From Camelus dromedarius (lineage: Eukaryota), in the NCBI RefSeq assembly GCF_036321535.1, contig NC_087436.1, positions 71,364,001-71,428,000 of the forward strand: 64,000 bases of DNA. Reading direction: 5' to 3'. The notes under the pieces are model-generated. The model had not been told where the DNA came from. It saw only the letters and a program-made list of their open reading frames with translations, and made no database searches. A program made the translations under genes and the position numbers. Positions 46,446 through 59,605 of the stretch are shown piece after piece. Numbering within the stretch: the first letter of the stretch is position 1; every line of letters starts with the position of its first letter.

Positions 46446-49400
46446 TTTTCCCCACAGCTTTATTGAGATATAACGGACATAAAACACTGTATAAATTTAA
46501 GGTGTACAAAGGTGAACATCCATCATCTCATACAGATATGTTAAAGAAATAGAAAAAAATGTTTTTCTTTGTGATGGGAAATTGTAAGATTTACTCTTAT
46601 GAACTTTTCATTTATAAGGTTGAGCAGTATTAATTATCTTATCATGTTGGACATTACATCCCTAGTACTTACGTATTTCATAACATCCCTAGTACTTATG
46701 TATTTCATAACTAGAAATCAAAAGGTACCTTTTGATTACCTTCATCTAATCTCATACACCCCACCCCCTCACCTCTGGTAGCCATAAATATGATTTTTTT
46801 TCTTTAAGTTTCTTTGTTGTTCCTGAAGCATAATTGACCTACAACACTATGTTGGTTCCTGGTGCACACCATGATTTGGTATTTCTATACATTTCAAAAT
46901 GATCACCATGATAAGTCTTAGTTGTCATCTGTCACTCTACAAAGACATTACATAATTATTGACTACATTCCCCACACTATGCATTTCATGTTTGTGACTC
47001 ATTTATTTTGTAACTGAAAGTTTGTACCTCTTAATCACCCTCACAAAATTTTCTCCTCCTCCACTCCCCATCCCTTTTGACAACCACCTTTTCTTCTCTG
47101 TATCTATGGTTCTGTTTCCATGTAGTCATGTTTATTTGTTTTTTAGATTCTACATATAAGTGAAATTGTACAGTGTTTCTCTTTCTCTGTCTGACTTATT
47201 TTACTTATAGCCCTCTAGGTCTATCCATGTTGTCCCAAATGGCAAGATTTCATTCTTTTTTATGGCTGAGTAATATTCCACATCTTTTTTAGCCATACAT
47301 CTATTGATGGTCACGTAGGTTGCTTCCATATATTGACTGTAAAAAATGTTGCAATAAACTTAAGCATGCGTAAGTTTTTTTCTAATTAGTGTTTTCATTT
47401 TCTACAGATAAATATCCAGAAGTGGAATTTCTGGATCTATGGTAGTCCTATTTTTAATTTTTTGAGGAATCTCCATACTGTTTTCCATAGTGGCAGCACC
47501 AATTTCCATTCCTGCCAACAGTGGATGAGGGTTCCCTTTTCTCCACATCCTGGCCAGTGCTTATTATCTGTTGTCTTTTTGATAATAGCCATTCTGACAG
47601 GTGTGAAGTGATATCTCATTGCAGTTTTGAGTTGCATTCCCCTGATGATTAGTGATGTTGAGCATCTTTTCACATGTCTGTTGGCTATCTGTATGCCTTT
47701 TTTGGAAAAATTTTTATTTCAGGTCTTCTGACCATTTTTTAATCAGGTTGTTTGTTTCTTGATGTTGAGTTAAATGAGTTCTTTGTATATTTTGGATATT
47801 AATACCTTCTCAGATATATCATTTTCAAATATCTTCTCTCATTCAGTAGGCAGCATTTTTCTTTTATTGATAATTTCCTTTGTTGTACAAAAGCTTTTTA
47901 ATTTGATGTATTTATTTTTGCTTCTCTTCCCCTTGCCTAAGAAGACATATCCAAAAAGAATTGCTAAGATTCATGTCAAAGACTGTACTGCCTCTGTTTT
48001 CTTACAAAAGTTTTATGGTTTCAAGTCTTATGTTTAAGTTTTTAATCTATTTTGAGAGTATTTTTTAATATGGTGTGAAAAAGCAGTCCAGTTTGATTCT
48101 TTTGCATGTAGCTGTTCAGTTTTCCCAGCACCACTTATTGAAGAGGCTGTCTTTCCCCCATCATTGCCTCCTTTGTTGTAGATTAATTGCCCTTATAAGT
48201 ATAGATTCATTTCTTGGCTGTCTATTCAGTTCCATTGATCTGTGTGTCTGTTTTTGTGCCAATACCATACTGTTTTGATTACTGTATCTTTGTAGTATTG
48301 TTTGAAATCAGGGAGCATGATAACTCCTGTTTTGTTCTTCTTTCTTAAAATTGTTTTGGCTATACAGGGTCTTTTGTGTTTCCACATATATTTTAGAATT
48401 ATTTGTTCTAGTTCTGAGAAAAATACCATTGGTATTTTGATAGGGATTGCATTGAATTTGTACATTGCCTTAGGTAGAATAGTCATTTTAACAATATTAA
48501 TTCTTCTAATCCTTGAGCATGATGTATTTTTCTATCTAATTGTTTGATCTTCAGTTTATTTTATCAGTGTCTTACAGTTTTCCAAGTACAGGTCTTTTAC
48601 CTCCTTAGCTGATTTATTCCCAGGTATTTAATTCTTTTTGATGTGGCTGTGAATGGTATTGTTTTCTTAATTTTTCTTTCTGATAGTTCATTGTTACTGT
48701 CTAGAAATGCAACAGATTTCTGCATATTAATTTTGTGACCTGTAACTTTACTGAATTCATTAATGAGCTCTAGTACTTTTTTGGTGGTGTCTTAAGGATT
48801 TTCTATGTATAGTATTATGCCATCTGCAAACCAGTGACAGTTTTAGTTCTTCCTTTCCAATTTGATTGTCTTTTAATTTTATTTCTTGTTTGATTCTTGT
48901 GACTAAGACATCCAATACTATGTTAGATAAAAGTGGTAAGAGTGGGCATCCTTGTCTTTTTCCTGATCATAGAGAAAATGCTTTCAGCTTTTGAACATTG
49001 AGTGTATAAGCTGTGGGCTTGTCATGTATGACCTTTATGTGGAGGCTAAGCAATATGATACTAAACAACCATTGGGTCACTGAAGAAATCAAAAAATATC
49101 TTGAGACAAATGAAACAAAAACACAACAACCCGAAATCTATGATATGCAACAAAAGCAGTTCTCAGAGGGATGTTATAGCAATGCAAGCCTACCTCAGGA
49201 AACAAGAAAAATCTCAAACAGTCTGATCTTACACCTAAAGGAACTATAATAAAAAGAACAAACAAAACTCAGTTAGTAAAAGGAAAGAAATAATAAAGAT
49301 CAGAGCAGAAATATATGAAAAAAAAAAAACAGACTTAAAAAACAATAGAAGAGATCAATTAAACTAAGAGCTGGTTCTTTGAAAAGATAAACAAAATTGG

Positions 49401-50168
49401 TGAACCTTCAGCCAAGCTTATTAAGAAAAAAATCAGAGAAGGCCTAAATCAATAAAATCAGAAATGAAAAAGGAGAAGTTACAACTGATACCTCAGAAAT
49501 ACAAATGGGCGTAAGATATTACTGTGAAAAGATACACTCATAAAATGGACAACCTAGAAAAAATGGACTAATTCCTAGAAATATACAACTCCCAAGGCTG
49601 AACCAGGAAAAAACAGAAAACATGAATAGACCAATTGCCAGTAATGATATCTGAATCAATAATGAAAAACTCCCAACAATCAAAAGTCCAGGACCAAATG
49701 GCTTCACAGGTGAATTCTACCAAACATTCAAGGAAGAGTTAACACCTATCCTTCTCAAACTGTTTCATAAAATTGCAGAGGAAGGAACACTTCTGAACTC
49801 ATTCTATGAGGCCAGCAGCACTGTGATACCAAAGCAAGACAAAGCTCTCACACACACAAAACAGAAAATTATAGGCCAGCACACTGAAAAACATAGATGC
49901 ACAAATTCTCAACAAAATATTAGCAAACCAAATTCAATGATACATTAAAGGGATTATACCTTATAATAGAGTGGCATTTATCCCAGGGATACAAGGATAG
50001 CTTGATATTTGCAAATCAGTGTGATACACCATATTAACAAACTGAAGAATAAAAATCATATGATTATCTCAATAGACGCAGAAAATGCTTTTGACAAAAT
50101 TCAACATCCATTTATGATAAAAATTCTCAACAAAGTGGGTACAAAGGAAACAACCTCAACATAATAAA
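46446..50168 (-). mobile_element. Older L1 with 5' inversion: 46446-49038 on minus, 49039-50168 inverted (plus)
   Basis: Minus-strand ORF2 remnants (ORFs 47437..47673 and 48226..48486) and 3' UTR. Plus-strand ORF2 remnants (WRLSNMILNNHWVTEEIKKYLETNE...) end at the L1 position where the minus part starts. Confidence 0.92.
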
Positions 50169-51130
50169 TGAGGTTCATTCTTTACAACAAAGGGAACAAT
50201 CTCACCTGTAAATTAATACCATTAAATAATATTACCATAAGACATATATATGTTCTTGACAGTAAAAGCAATTAAAATATGAAGAAATGAGTTGAATATT
50301 TTCAGATAAAACATAAAGAAAATTCAAGGAAAAGATAAGATAAAAATACTTTTAAGATAAGTCATCAGAAATATATTTTTAGATCCTTTTTATGTAATCT
50401 ATTTCCTTACAAAGAAAATGTCTTTGGAATTAAGCTTCTAGTATCCAGTCTCTTACAAATATCTCGAGTATCAACAAATTGTACCTGAATACTGCTATGC
50501 ACTTTAAAAAAGGAGGCACTCATGTGAGTGAAACCAATAATATAAACATTTCTCACTTAATTCTGATGTACTGATCATGCATGGATGTGATCCACTCACA
50601 ATAATTTTATAAATCAACTCTATACACTCTACTATAACACTTTGAGGGGAAAAATTTCCATCTTTGTACTCACGTAGTCTGATTATGCTTTGTTTTTGTT
50701 TGCTTGTTTTACATTAACTCTTTAGCAAGAGAACAAAAGTCATCAGGTATGATGAATTTCCCTCTTTTGTACATTTCAAATGTATTATCTTAAACCAGTA
50801 TTTAGCAGGTAATAATGTTCTAAGAAAATGCATTTTCCATAAATCCTTTTTGATATTTACTGGGTACTGGAAGACAGACCCAGTGATAACAAGGAAACAG
50901 GCAGAGATGGCACAACCTACTTTCCATTTATAGATCTGCTTCTCATAATCAAGAAGGAAAACCGGCTGTATAAAAGCTAGGTTACCAGAACATTGAGATG
51001 ATTTGTCTCTATTAACCATCCCACTGATTGCCTGATTATGAGCTGATCTGATTCACTAAATCAATACCCCCTCCCTCCTTCACTCTTGATAGGAAGGTTT
51101 CCCTGATGTCGCAGGATCAGTTTAGGGAAC

Positions 51131-51560
51131 TGTATCAGTAAGGAGTATCTTTTACTTCATAGAATAGAAATCCTACTGAAAGGATGCTATTTTTCTCAGA
51201 CAACTAGAAGTCTGGCAGTAATATGTGCATGAGAGTGTAGTTACTCAAAAATATAATCAAGGACCTGGCTGTCCATCTTTCCATCCTGCTCTCCTTAGTG
51301 TGTGAGCCTTATCCTCACAATCATAGTCACAAAATTATTGGTACACTCCAGGTATAGAACTGATGTTACAGGGAGGAAGGGAGAAGGAAAAAACAGTGGA
51401 GATAATATTCAGCCATACTCTGTAATCCTCATTGGCCACATGTCACAAGGCCACTTCTAGCTTCAAGGGTGTCAGGGATATTGAATTATTTTAGGTGGGT
51501 TCATTGCCCCCCTTAACAAAATTGAGAACCTTTAAATAACAAATGAAAAATAGATGTTGA
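51131..51560 (-). mobile_element. Old MaLR (MLT1-type) LTR relic
   Basis: tgtatcagtaagga...ctcattggccacatgtcacaaggccacttctagcttcaaggg MLT1-like motifs. Boundaries are approximate. Confidence 0.55.
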
Positions 51561-52087
51561 ATAGACAAAGAACATCATTTGCTAAACAGCCTTCCCTGAT
51601 AGAAGCCTCTTCTTTGGTTTAAATAGTATATTGTTAAAAACTCTGGTTCTATAACAGCTAATCCTCTTACTGAACATGAGTTAGATGTACTGGCTTTCTC
51701 AGTATCTGAACAACATAAATGTTATGTTTCTTTTAAATAATCACATAAGTAAATTTTGTTTCATGGACATTTAAATACATTCTTTTTCACATGAACAATT
51801 TAAAGGAATTATAGAATGTACTTACTGTTATTCACCATAAAATCCCTATTGAATTTACTACTTCAAATCTTTTACATCACTTTCAAGAACAGAATTTCCT
51901 GCAAATCTTTCATTTATCAGAATATCCCACTTGATATCTACTTTAGTGTGAATATTGAAGCCATCCCTTCTGTAAGTTCATTTCTCCTCCTCAAAAGCCC
52001 TACTTGACCTAGCCTTTTTTCTATGAGAAGGAGGAAAAAAATCAACTCTCTATTTTAATGATTCAAATTACTGGGTTTTTTAAATGA

Positions 52088-52740
52088 TCATTTTATTTTG
52101 GAATAGTTTATGATTTACAGAAAATTTGCAAAGATAGTACAGAGAATTCCCAAAAACCTCCACTTCTGTTATTAACATCTCACATTACTAGGATACGTTT
52201 GTCACAATGAATGGGCCAATATTGATACTTTAGTAACTAAAGTCCATACTTTATCCATACTTCGTTTGATTTTACTTAATGCCCTTTTTCTATTCTAGAA
52301 TCTCATTCAGGATACCACGTTACAATCAGTCATCATGTCTGCTTAGGCTCCTCTTGTAATTTTGTAAAATGTCCCTCGAATGGGGTTTGTCTGATGTTTT
52401 TCTAATGACCACACGAGGGTTACAAGTGTTTTCCGAGGAAGACCACAGAGGTAAGGTGCCATTTTCACACATTGTGTCAGGGGTGCATCCTGTCACCCCG
52501 ACTTATTGTTGATGTTCTCCTTGATCACCTGACTGAGGTAGTGTTTTCAGGTTTCTCTTCTGTAAACTTATCTTTTTTTCTGTGCTTTTTGTTTGTTTGT
52601 TTAGCACTTCCATACTTTCTGGCACTAGAAGATATTCCAGGATCATCTTGTAAATTTTCTACCTTAGCCTTTGAATTAGCCATTTCTCCAAAAAGCCCGT
52701 TTCCTTTTACTAACGAATGATATTAGAAACCGAGACCTGA
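52088..52740 (-). mobile_element. Old L1MC-like 3' UTR relic
   Basis: ttttattttggaatagtttatgatttacagaaaatttgcaaagatagtacagagaattccc...gaccacagaggtaaggtgccatttt. Confidence 0.75.
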
Positions 52741-53140
52741 TTTACATATAATTTCACAATATATATGTCGAAAATCAAACCATCATGCAGCATGCCTTAA
52801 CCTTATAGAGTGACGTACATCAATTATTCCTTAATAAAACTAGAAAAAATACATTATCTACTCCCCTCCCCAGCCCCTCCACCCCCCAAAAAAAGAGAGA
52901 GAGAGAACAAGAAAGAAACCAAGACTTGGGTGATAGGTCCAAATTTACTTTCAAGTGCCAGTTGTGATATAGTGGGAACAGCACCTGAGTTGGATTCAAA
53001 CTTGGAATGAGGGAAAAACAGATTCAAAACTTGGTTCTATCATTTTCTAACTGTGTCACCTTGGCTATGTCTCTTAACTTCTACATTCCTTCGTTTTTCT
53101 CCTATAGAAGTAGTATTAATAACAGCTAATGCCTGTGGAA

Positions 53141-53342
53141 CAGGGTTTCCCAACCTCGACACTATTGACTATGTGGCCAAGTAATTCTTTGCTGTGAGGA
53201 GCTGTCCTGTGCACTGTGGAATATTTAGCAGCATCCCTGGCCTCTACCCACTAGATGCCAGTAGCATGCACTGGTTAAAAATGACTCCAGACATTGTTTA
53301 ATATCCCTTGAGGGACAAAACTGCCCCAGATGAAAACTCTTG
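53141..53342. mobile_element. MER20 hAT-Charlie MITE nested in MIR relics
   Basis: cagggtttcccaacctcgacactattgac...ttagcagcatccctggcctctacccactagatgccagtagca...ccagacattg. 8-bp TSD ctgtggaa/ctgcagaa (6/8). Confidence 0.9.
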
Positions 53343-54618
53343 CTGCAGAATATTCCAGGAATATCAGGCATTAAGTGCTTCACATGCATTATTTCTTTAA
53401 TGCTTACAAAAAATCCCGTAAGATTGGTATTATTTTACAGATGAAGAAAGGGTAAAAGAAAAAGTAAGACATTTTCCAAGTGTTCCTAGCTAATTAGGTG
53501 TGCTGAGGTTTGAGCCTAGAAAGTCTGACTTCCAAAATCAGGGTCTTAACAACACACGACTGCCTCTGCAGAAGGTATAAATAAAAATTCTGCCAGTACA
53601 GGGCTGTAGTGAGAATTAAATGAGATGTCATCTGTAAGAGCGTCTCACATGGTGCTCAGGGGAGGGAAGGCATTCAGTAAACGCTGGTGGAGTCTACATC
53701 TGAATCTCCTCCTGCCTCCACAGCAAGCTTGCTCTACTTACTGTACCACTAGTATTTACCTTTTGTTCTTCCTTCTACAAGCTTCATACCTTCTGCCTTA
53801 GACCTTTTCCAAAGGAGGAGAGCATTTTTCCCTTGATTAGTTTTCTCTTTCAAGTTATTATATTTTTAACACCATGTTCGAATTTATTCCCCCTTCCTTA
53901 TCATTCACTCATTTCATGATGCTTTGAAATCTTGCTTCCATTGCTGTCTGTGAACTCCTCATCACGGTCATAGCACTGGAAAGGGCTGGAGGGACATCCA
54001 CCACCTCTTTGTACAGATGACAAAGCTGAAGCAAGAAATGCTTTATGATTTGCCAAGGACACATAACTAGTTTTTTCTGTAAAAACTCTTCATGTCCTCA
54101 TCCCTGCGGGTCTCTGCTTCCTATGAAATTGCTAAACACCCCTCCTTAAAACTTTGCTGTTTGATTTTTGTGACATCTATTTTCTGCTATGTTTTCTACT
54201 AAGTCTCCAACCTCTCCTTTCCCACATTCTTAACTTTTCTTTTCCTGACTCATATATAAACATTCAGCATGGTTATTCCCTTAACTATGCTTAATCTCTT
54301 TTCATTAACTGTTTTCTCTCCCATGACCTCAGCAGTCATATATATTTCTCTCAGATCTGTACCTTTTACCTACCCCATATCCTGTGCCACAGTTTTAATT
54401 GCCTAATGAACATTCTTACTTAGATGTCCTACAGCTAACTTGAACAGCATCTACAAAGTGGAAATCATTACTTTTACTACTAAAGTATTCCTTTTAACAT
54501 CCTTGCTTTTCTTGATGGGAAATTTAAATCATTGTTATCTATTTTTATCTTCTATTTAATCTCTATCACCCTCCCATCAAATCTCTGTCAAATTCGTTAT
54601 GTTTTTATCTCCTAAGTC

Positions 54619-54647
54619 TTTAGTATATGTGCTGCCGAAGCGAGCAC
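54619..54647 (-). pseudogene. RNU6: 3'-truncated (tailless) U6 snRNA retrocopy, U6 nt 1-29
   Basis: The reverse complement GTGCTCGCTTCGGCAGCACATATACTAAA is the exact 5' end of U6. It is flanked by a degenerate 16-nt direct repeat (54607-54622 and 54648-54663, 13/16 identical). Confidence 0.92.
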
Positions 54648-54866
54648 ATCTCTGAAATCTTTAATATCCGTTTCATTCCAATTTCTATTACTCTAGTTTA
54701 AGCTTTCTTTAACTATTGCCTAGAACATTTACATAATTCAGTGAACAACCTCCTACTTCCTTCCCTAAATAATCTTGAAAATCACGGCATATTAAACTTC
54801 TTAAATATAACCTTTAAAGCACAATAATGTGCTTCTTAGAGCATATTATTAAAATTAATTTCACCT

Positions 54867-55754
54867 GCAAATCAAAATTACAATGAGGTATCACCTCACA
54901 CCAGTCAGAATGGCCATCATTCAAAAGTCCACAAATGATAAATGCTAGAGAGGGTATGGAGAAAAGGGAACCCTCCTACACTGTTGTGGAAATGTAGTTT
55001 GGTGCAGCCATTATAGAAAACAGTATGGATATTCCTTAAAAAACTAAAAACAGAGCTACCATATGATCCAGCAACCCCATTCCTGGGCATATATCCAGAA
55101 GGAACTCTAATTTGAAAAGATACATGCACCCCCAATGTTCACAGAAGTACTGCTTACAATAGCTAAGACATGGAAATAACCTAAATGTCCACCAACAGAT
55201 GACTGGATAAAGAGGTTGTGGTATATTTATACAATGGAATATTACTCAGCCACAAAAAATAATAAAATAATGCCAATTGCAGCAACATGGATGGAACTGG
55301 AGATTGTCATACTAAGTGAAATAAGCCAGAAAGAGAAAGGCAAATACCATACGATATCACTTATGTGAAAGCTAAAAAGAAAAGACACAAATGAACTTAT
55401 TTACAAAACAAAAACAGACTCACAGATGTAGAAAACAAACTTATGGTTACCAGGGGGGAAAGAGAGTGGGAAGGGATAAATTGGGAGTTTGAGATTTGCA
55501 TATATTAGCTACTATATATAAAATAGATGAACAACAAGTTTTTTAGCACAGGGAACTGTATTCAATACCTTGTAGTAACCTATAATAAAAAAGAATATGA
55601 AAATGAATATATGTATGACTGAACTATTATGCTATACACCAGAAATTGAAAGAACATTGTAAACTGACTATACTTCAATTAAAAAATTAAAAAATAAAAC
55701 TATAAAACTTTATTAAAGAACATAAAAACTTGAATAAATGGTAAAAATTAAATT
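54867..55754 (+). mobile_element. 5'-truncated L1 with an extra 3' segment (probable transduction)
   Basis: ORF2 end plus 3' UTR. Perfect TSD aaattaatttcacct at 54852-54866 and 55755-55769. Confidence 0.93.
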
Positions 55755-57729
55755 AAATTAATTTCACCTTTATTAAGTGAGTAATGGAAATTTAAAATTA
55801 CATTTGCAGTTCACATTATATTTCTATTTGACACTGATGACCCAGACAACTAAGCATATACTTTTCAGCTTCTCATGCAAAATCCACTATAATTTCCCAA
55901 CTTCTTTTCCATTGTTTACGTATATATGTATATATTACATTATTCACATACATATACATATATATTATATATTTATATATGCAATGCAGTCTGTTCATTT
56001 TAAATGACTGCTCTTCCCCAACGAAGCTTCCACTGTTTACCACCCTCATCAGCAGAGGCTCATGCTGTTTGCTCCTAATATAGCTCCCTGTCCCCCATTC
56101 CTGCCCATTAGGACTCTTTTATTATTAAATAACTAAAATCTAATTCAAGAAAGCATAAGCAAAAAGACATTTACTGACTGTGAAGCTGAAAAGTCTAGAT
56201 GTTACCTGGAGAAACAGTTGGTTGTGGAGGCTTTGATCATGTTATCAAGATGTGAGAGTCATTCTCATTCTACCTCTCTTTCTCTCTCTTTGCCCCCCTT
56301 TATCTCTCTCTTCATCTCTCACCTCATCTCTCCTTTGTGTTGGTTTCAGTTTACTTTCAAGATCTCTCCATGTAGTAACCTTCTATAGCTCTAAGTTCAG
56401 CAGCCCTAATATTAAGAAAATGCCTTTCCACTGCGCTGGGTCATATATCTTCAAGGTTATAATCATTACCTGATTGGTCAGGTTTGGGGCACATGCAAAT
56501 CATGAAACAAGGATGGGATCAGCCCCACCCAACTACACAGCCTGAAAATGGAAGATAGGTTGTCACTAGAGGAAAAGCAAGGTAATGATACCAGAAGACA
56601 AGGAAATGGTTTCTGAGCAGGTAAAACTAACAGATGTAACTGAATCATTTTCAAAGTTTATCTCAAATAGCTTCCCATCACAGAAATATTTCACCTCTCA
56701 AATTGGCTGTGACTTCTCCCTTCTTTAAATCATATTTAAATGCATATTTTTGTACCTCTTCTGTGGCAATTGCCATATTCTATATTGTATTATATTTATT
56801 TTGTGATCATGATAGATCTCTTTACTCCAATTTTCATTTTATTACAGTATTTCTAATGAGGACCTCATGGGCCATGGAGCACATAATAGAAATTACATAT
56901 TTATTGAACTGAATCATTGTTTAGCTTTGAATGATTTTCAGCTGGGAGATATATGCATCTAAAACATTAATTTAGAGCCATAAGTAATTAAGAATAACTT
57001 AATGTAGTTAAGTTTTAATGAGAGATGAAAAGTAATACTTAATTGCTTTATTCATACAGTATGTGCAGAAAATTCAAATTTGTAGTAATAGATTAAAATT
57101 AAAAAATTTTTGACTTTTATATATGCTTATATTTAGAGTTATAGGAAAAAGAAAGTGTTAGAAAATAAAAAAATCAGAAAGGGTAAGAAAACAGACAGAA
57201 AGGAGAAAAAAATCAGGCCAAGTAGGAGGAAGAAAGGCATAGCGTCACAGAAAAGAGACTTGCAAAAGAAGCAGAGTGAGAAACTAAGATTAAAAATTCA
57301 TTTTCTGATTCCTATGCATTAAATACAAAGAAAAAAACAGAGAAGCAAAAATTTGATCATATGTGGTAAAAATAACCTTAGACTAAAATTAAGAAGTAAA
57401 TAGCAGTTTGGGGAAAAAGTTGTTAACAAGGACTACAGATTAAGAACAGTGCCTGACACAGAAGATTTGCTGAATGAATGAATGAAGTCTTAGACTTCTA
57501 ATATATAATGTCAGGAGCTCAGCTCCTACAAATAAATAAAGCTATAGTAGACTAATTGTCAAAGGACATGATCAAAAGGAGAAATACAAATGATTAATAA
57601 GTATGTAAAATTAAAAGTGAAATTTTAATGAATTCAAAATGTAAATTCAAACCATGAGATATTCTTACCTCATGCAATGCTAATGGAACGCAAATCTGTA
57701 TTTTTCTCAAAAACAATTTGATATTTTAT

Positions 57730-58135
57730 TGTTCAACTATTGGTGCATAGCAAACACCTTTAAGATTTCAGTGGTTTTTAAAAATAAGCATTTACTTCTC
57801 ACTTATGGGTTTCTGGGGCAGCGGAGATGGCTCTGCTTCATACTGAAATTCCTCCTGGTGTGGTCTCCTCTAATGTGTGTCTCATTCTTCTCCTGAAACC
57901 AGTGGGCTAGCCAGAGCAAGTTTTTCTCATAGTAAAAGCAGAGGCACAGAAGGGCAAGGGGAAATGTGCTAGACTCCTTGGGACCCGGGCTGAGACTCGA
58001 CACAGACCATAAGCCAAAGTGAAGCATAAGACCCACTGTGAGTCAAAGACTAGGGACGTATGCTCCATCCAAAATGAAGCCACCACAGGGTCATAGATTC
58101 AGTGAAGAAGAATTGGGCCAAGCATTCAGTTTCCC
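57730..58135 (-). mobile_element. Old MaLR (MLT1H/I-like) LTR relic
   Basis: ctattggtgcatagcaaacacc...cagtggt...aagcatttacttctcac...gaagaattgggcc. Confidence 0.6.
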
Positions 58136-58947
58136 ACAGGTACTTTTCTGGAAAATGTTAATAAATGTCCAGAAGTCCCAAACTAGAAATCCAAATGTCA
58201 AATCCTGCCCCTGTCTATTGTTGTTGTTTTGGTGGTTGTGGTTTGAATGGCTTCCATGGAGCATGAATTCTCCAGTGTCTACCACAGACCCCACCACTCC
58301 ACATTGTCCCATACTTAATGGCTTTGTAGGACTCACTAGACCCTGCAGGCATTTGAATTCGACCTCCCTGGTTTAGAGTGACACCACTTCATCACTATTG
58401 CTAATTGTGAAAAAACTGAAAATTCATCAAACGTCCAAATATAAGAAAACAGATAAAATTAAGATTCAGATATAATATACAATGTTATATAAACAAAAAT
58501 TGTTTTTGTAAATTACATTTAACAATATATAGAAATCTTTCCAATGCAGTAATGAAAAAATATTAGAATTTATAGTTATACGCAATTAGTTTTTAAGTTT
58601 TATAAGTGAAAGAATGCCTATATACATTATATACATTCACTAAAGAGGACTGGTAGAAAATATATCAAATATTATGTGACCATCTCTGAATGTTAAAATT
58701 ACCAATAACTATTGTTCTCTTCTTTGTATCATTCTGTATCATTGTAATTACCTACAATGAATAACATTACTTTTATAATCCAAAAATAAATAAATATAAC
58801 AGACAAACTGCTCTTTTGCTCACAAATCTAGTTAGGACATTTAAACATTAATCATACTACTGGAAATTAAAAGTAATTTCACACAATGTCATCCATTTCA
58901 ATTTGCAACTTGGAAGCTGAATGTAGTGGTTCCATACTTAGTCAACC

Positions 58948-59256
58948 AAGGCATACCTTGGAGACATTGCAGGTTTGGTTCTAGACCACTGCAATAAAAC
59001 AAGTATTGCAATAAAGTGGGTCACATGATTTTTTTTGTTTCCCAGTGCACATAAAAGTTACATTTACACTATAGAGTAGTCTAGTAAGTGTGCAACAGCA
59101 TCATGTCTAAAAAAAACAATGTACATACCTTAATTTAAAAACACTCTACTGCTAAAAAAATGCTAACCATCATCAGACAATGCAGGGTTGCCACAATCCT
59201 TGAATTTGCAAAAAAAAAGCAATAGCTGTGAAGCACAATAAAACAAGGTACGCCTG
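58948..59256. mobile_element. Tigger1 internal-deletion derivative (MITE)
   Basis: Terminal inverted repeats aggcatacctt / aaggtacgcct with the Tigger1 subterminal sequence ggagacattgcaggtttggttctagaccactgcaataaa. Confidence 0.88.
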
Positions 59257-59399
59257 CATGCAACATTCACTCCCCCCCCTGGATGGTACAGTCCCTTATG
59301 TGCTCTGTCAATGTGCTTCCTTCCCAAAATAAATTACACATGACTTTGAGGTGGTAATGGCTTCGTTACATTTCTCACATCACCTAGTACACAATAATA

Positions 59400-59605
59400 A
59401 AGATTACAATAACTCCCTAAATATATTATTTCATTTAATCTTCACCATGATATATAAGTTATATAATGTTATTCCTACTTTGTTTTCATTTTACAGGTGA
59501 GGAAGATGAGACTTTGAGAGATTAAGTAACTTGCCCAAGATTACACACAGAATTAGCAGCAAAGCCAGGATTTGAGTCCAAGCAGTTTGGTTCCAAAGCC
59601 CTCTC
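59400..59605 (-). mobile_element. MIR SINE relic
   Basis: cattttacaggtgaggaagatgagactttgagagattaagtaacttgcccaagattacacacag. Confidence 0.8.

Noticed and set aside
54619..54647. Functional U6 snRNA gene
   Set aside because: Only 29 nt are present, with no ACAGAGA box, no 3' region and no evident PSE/TATA promoter.
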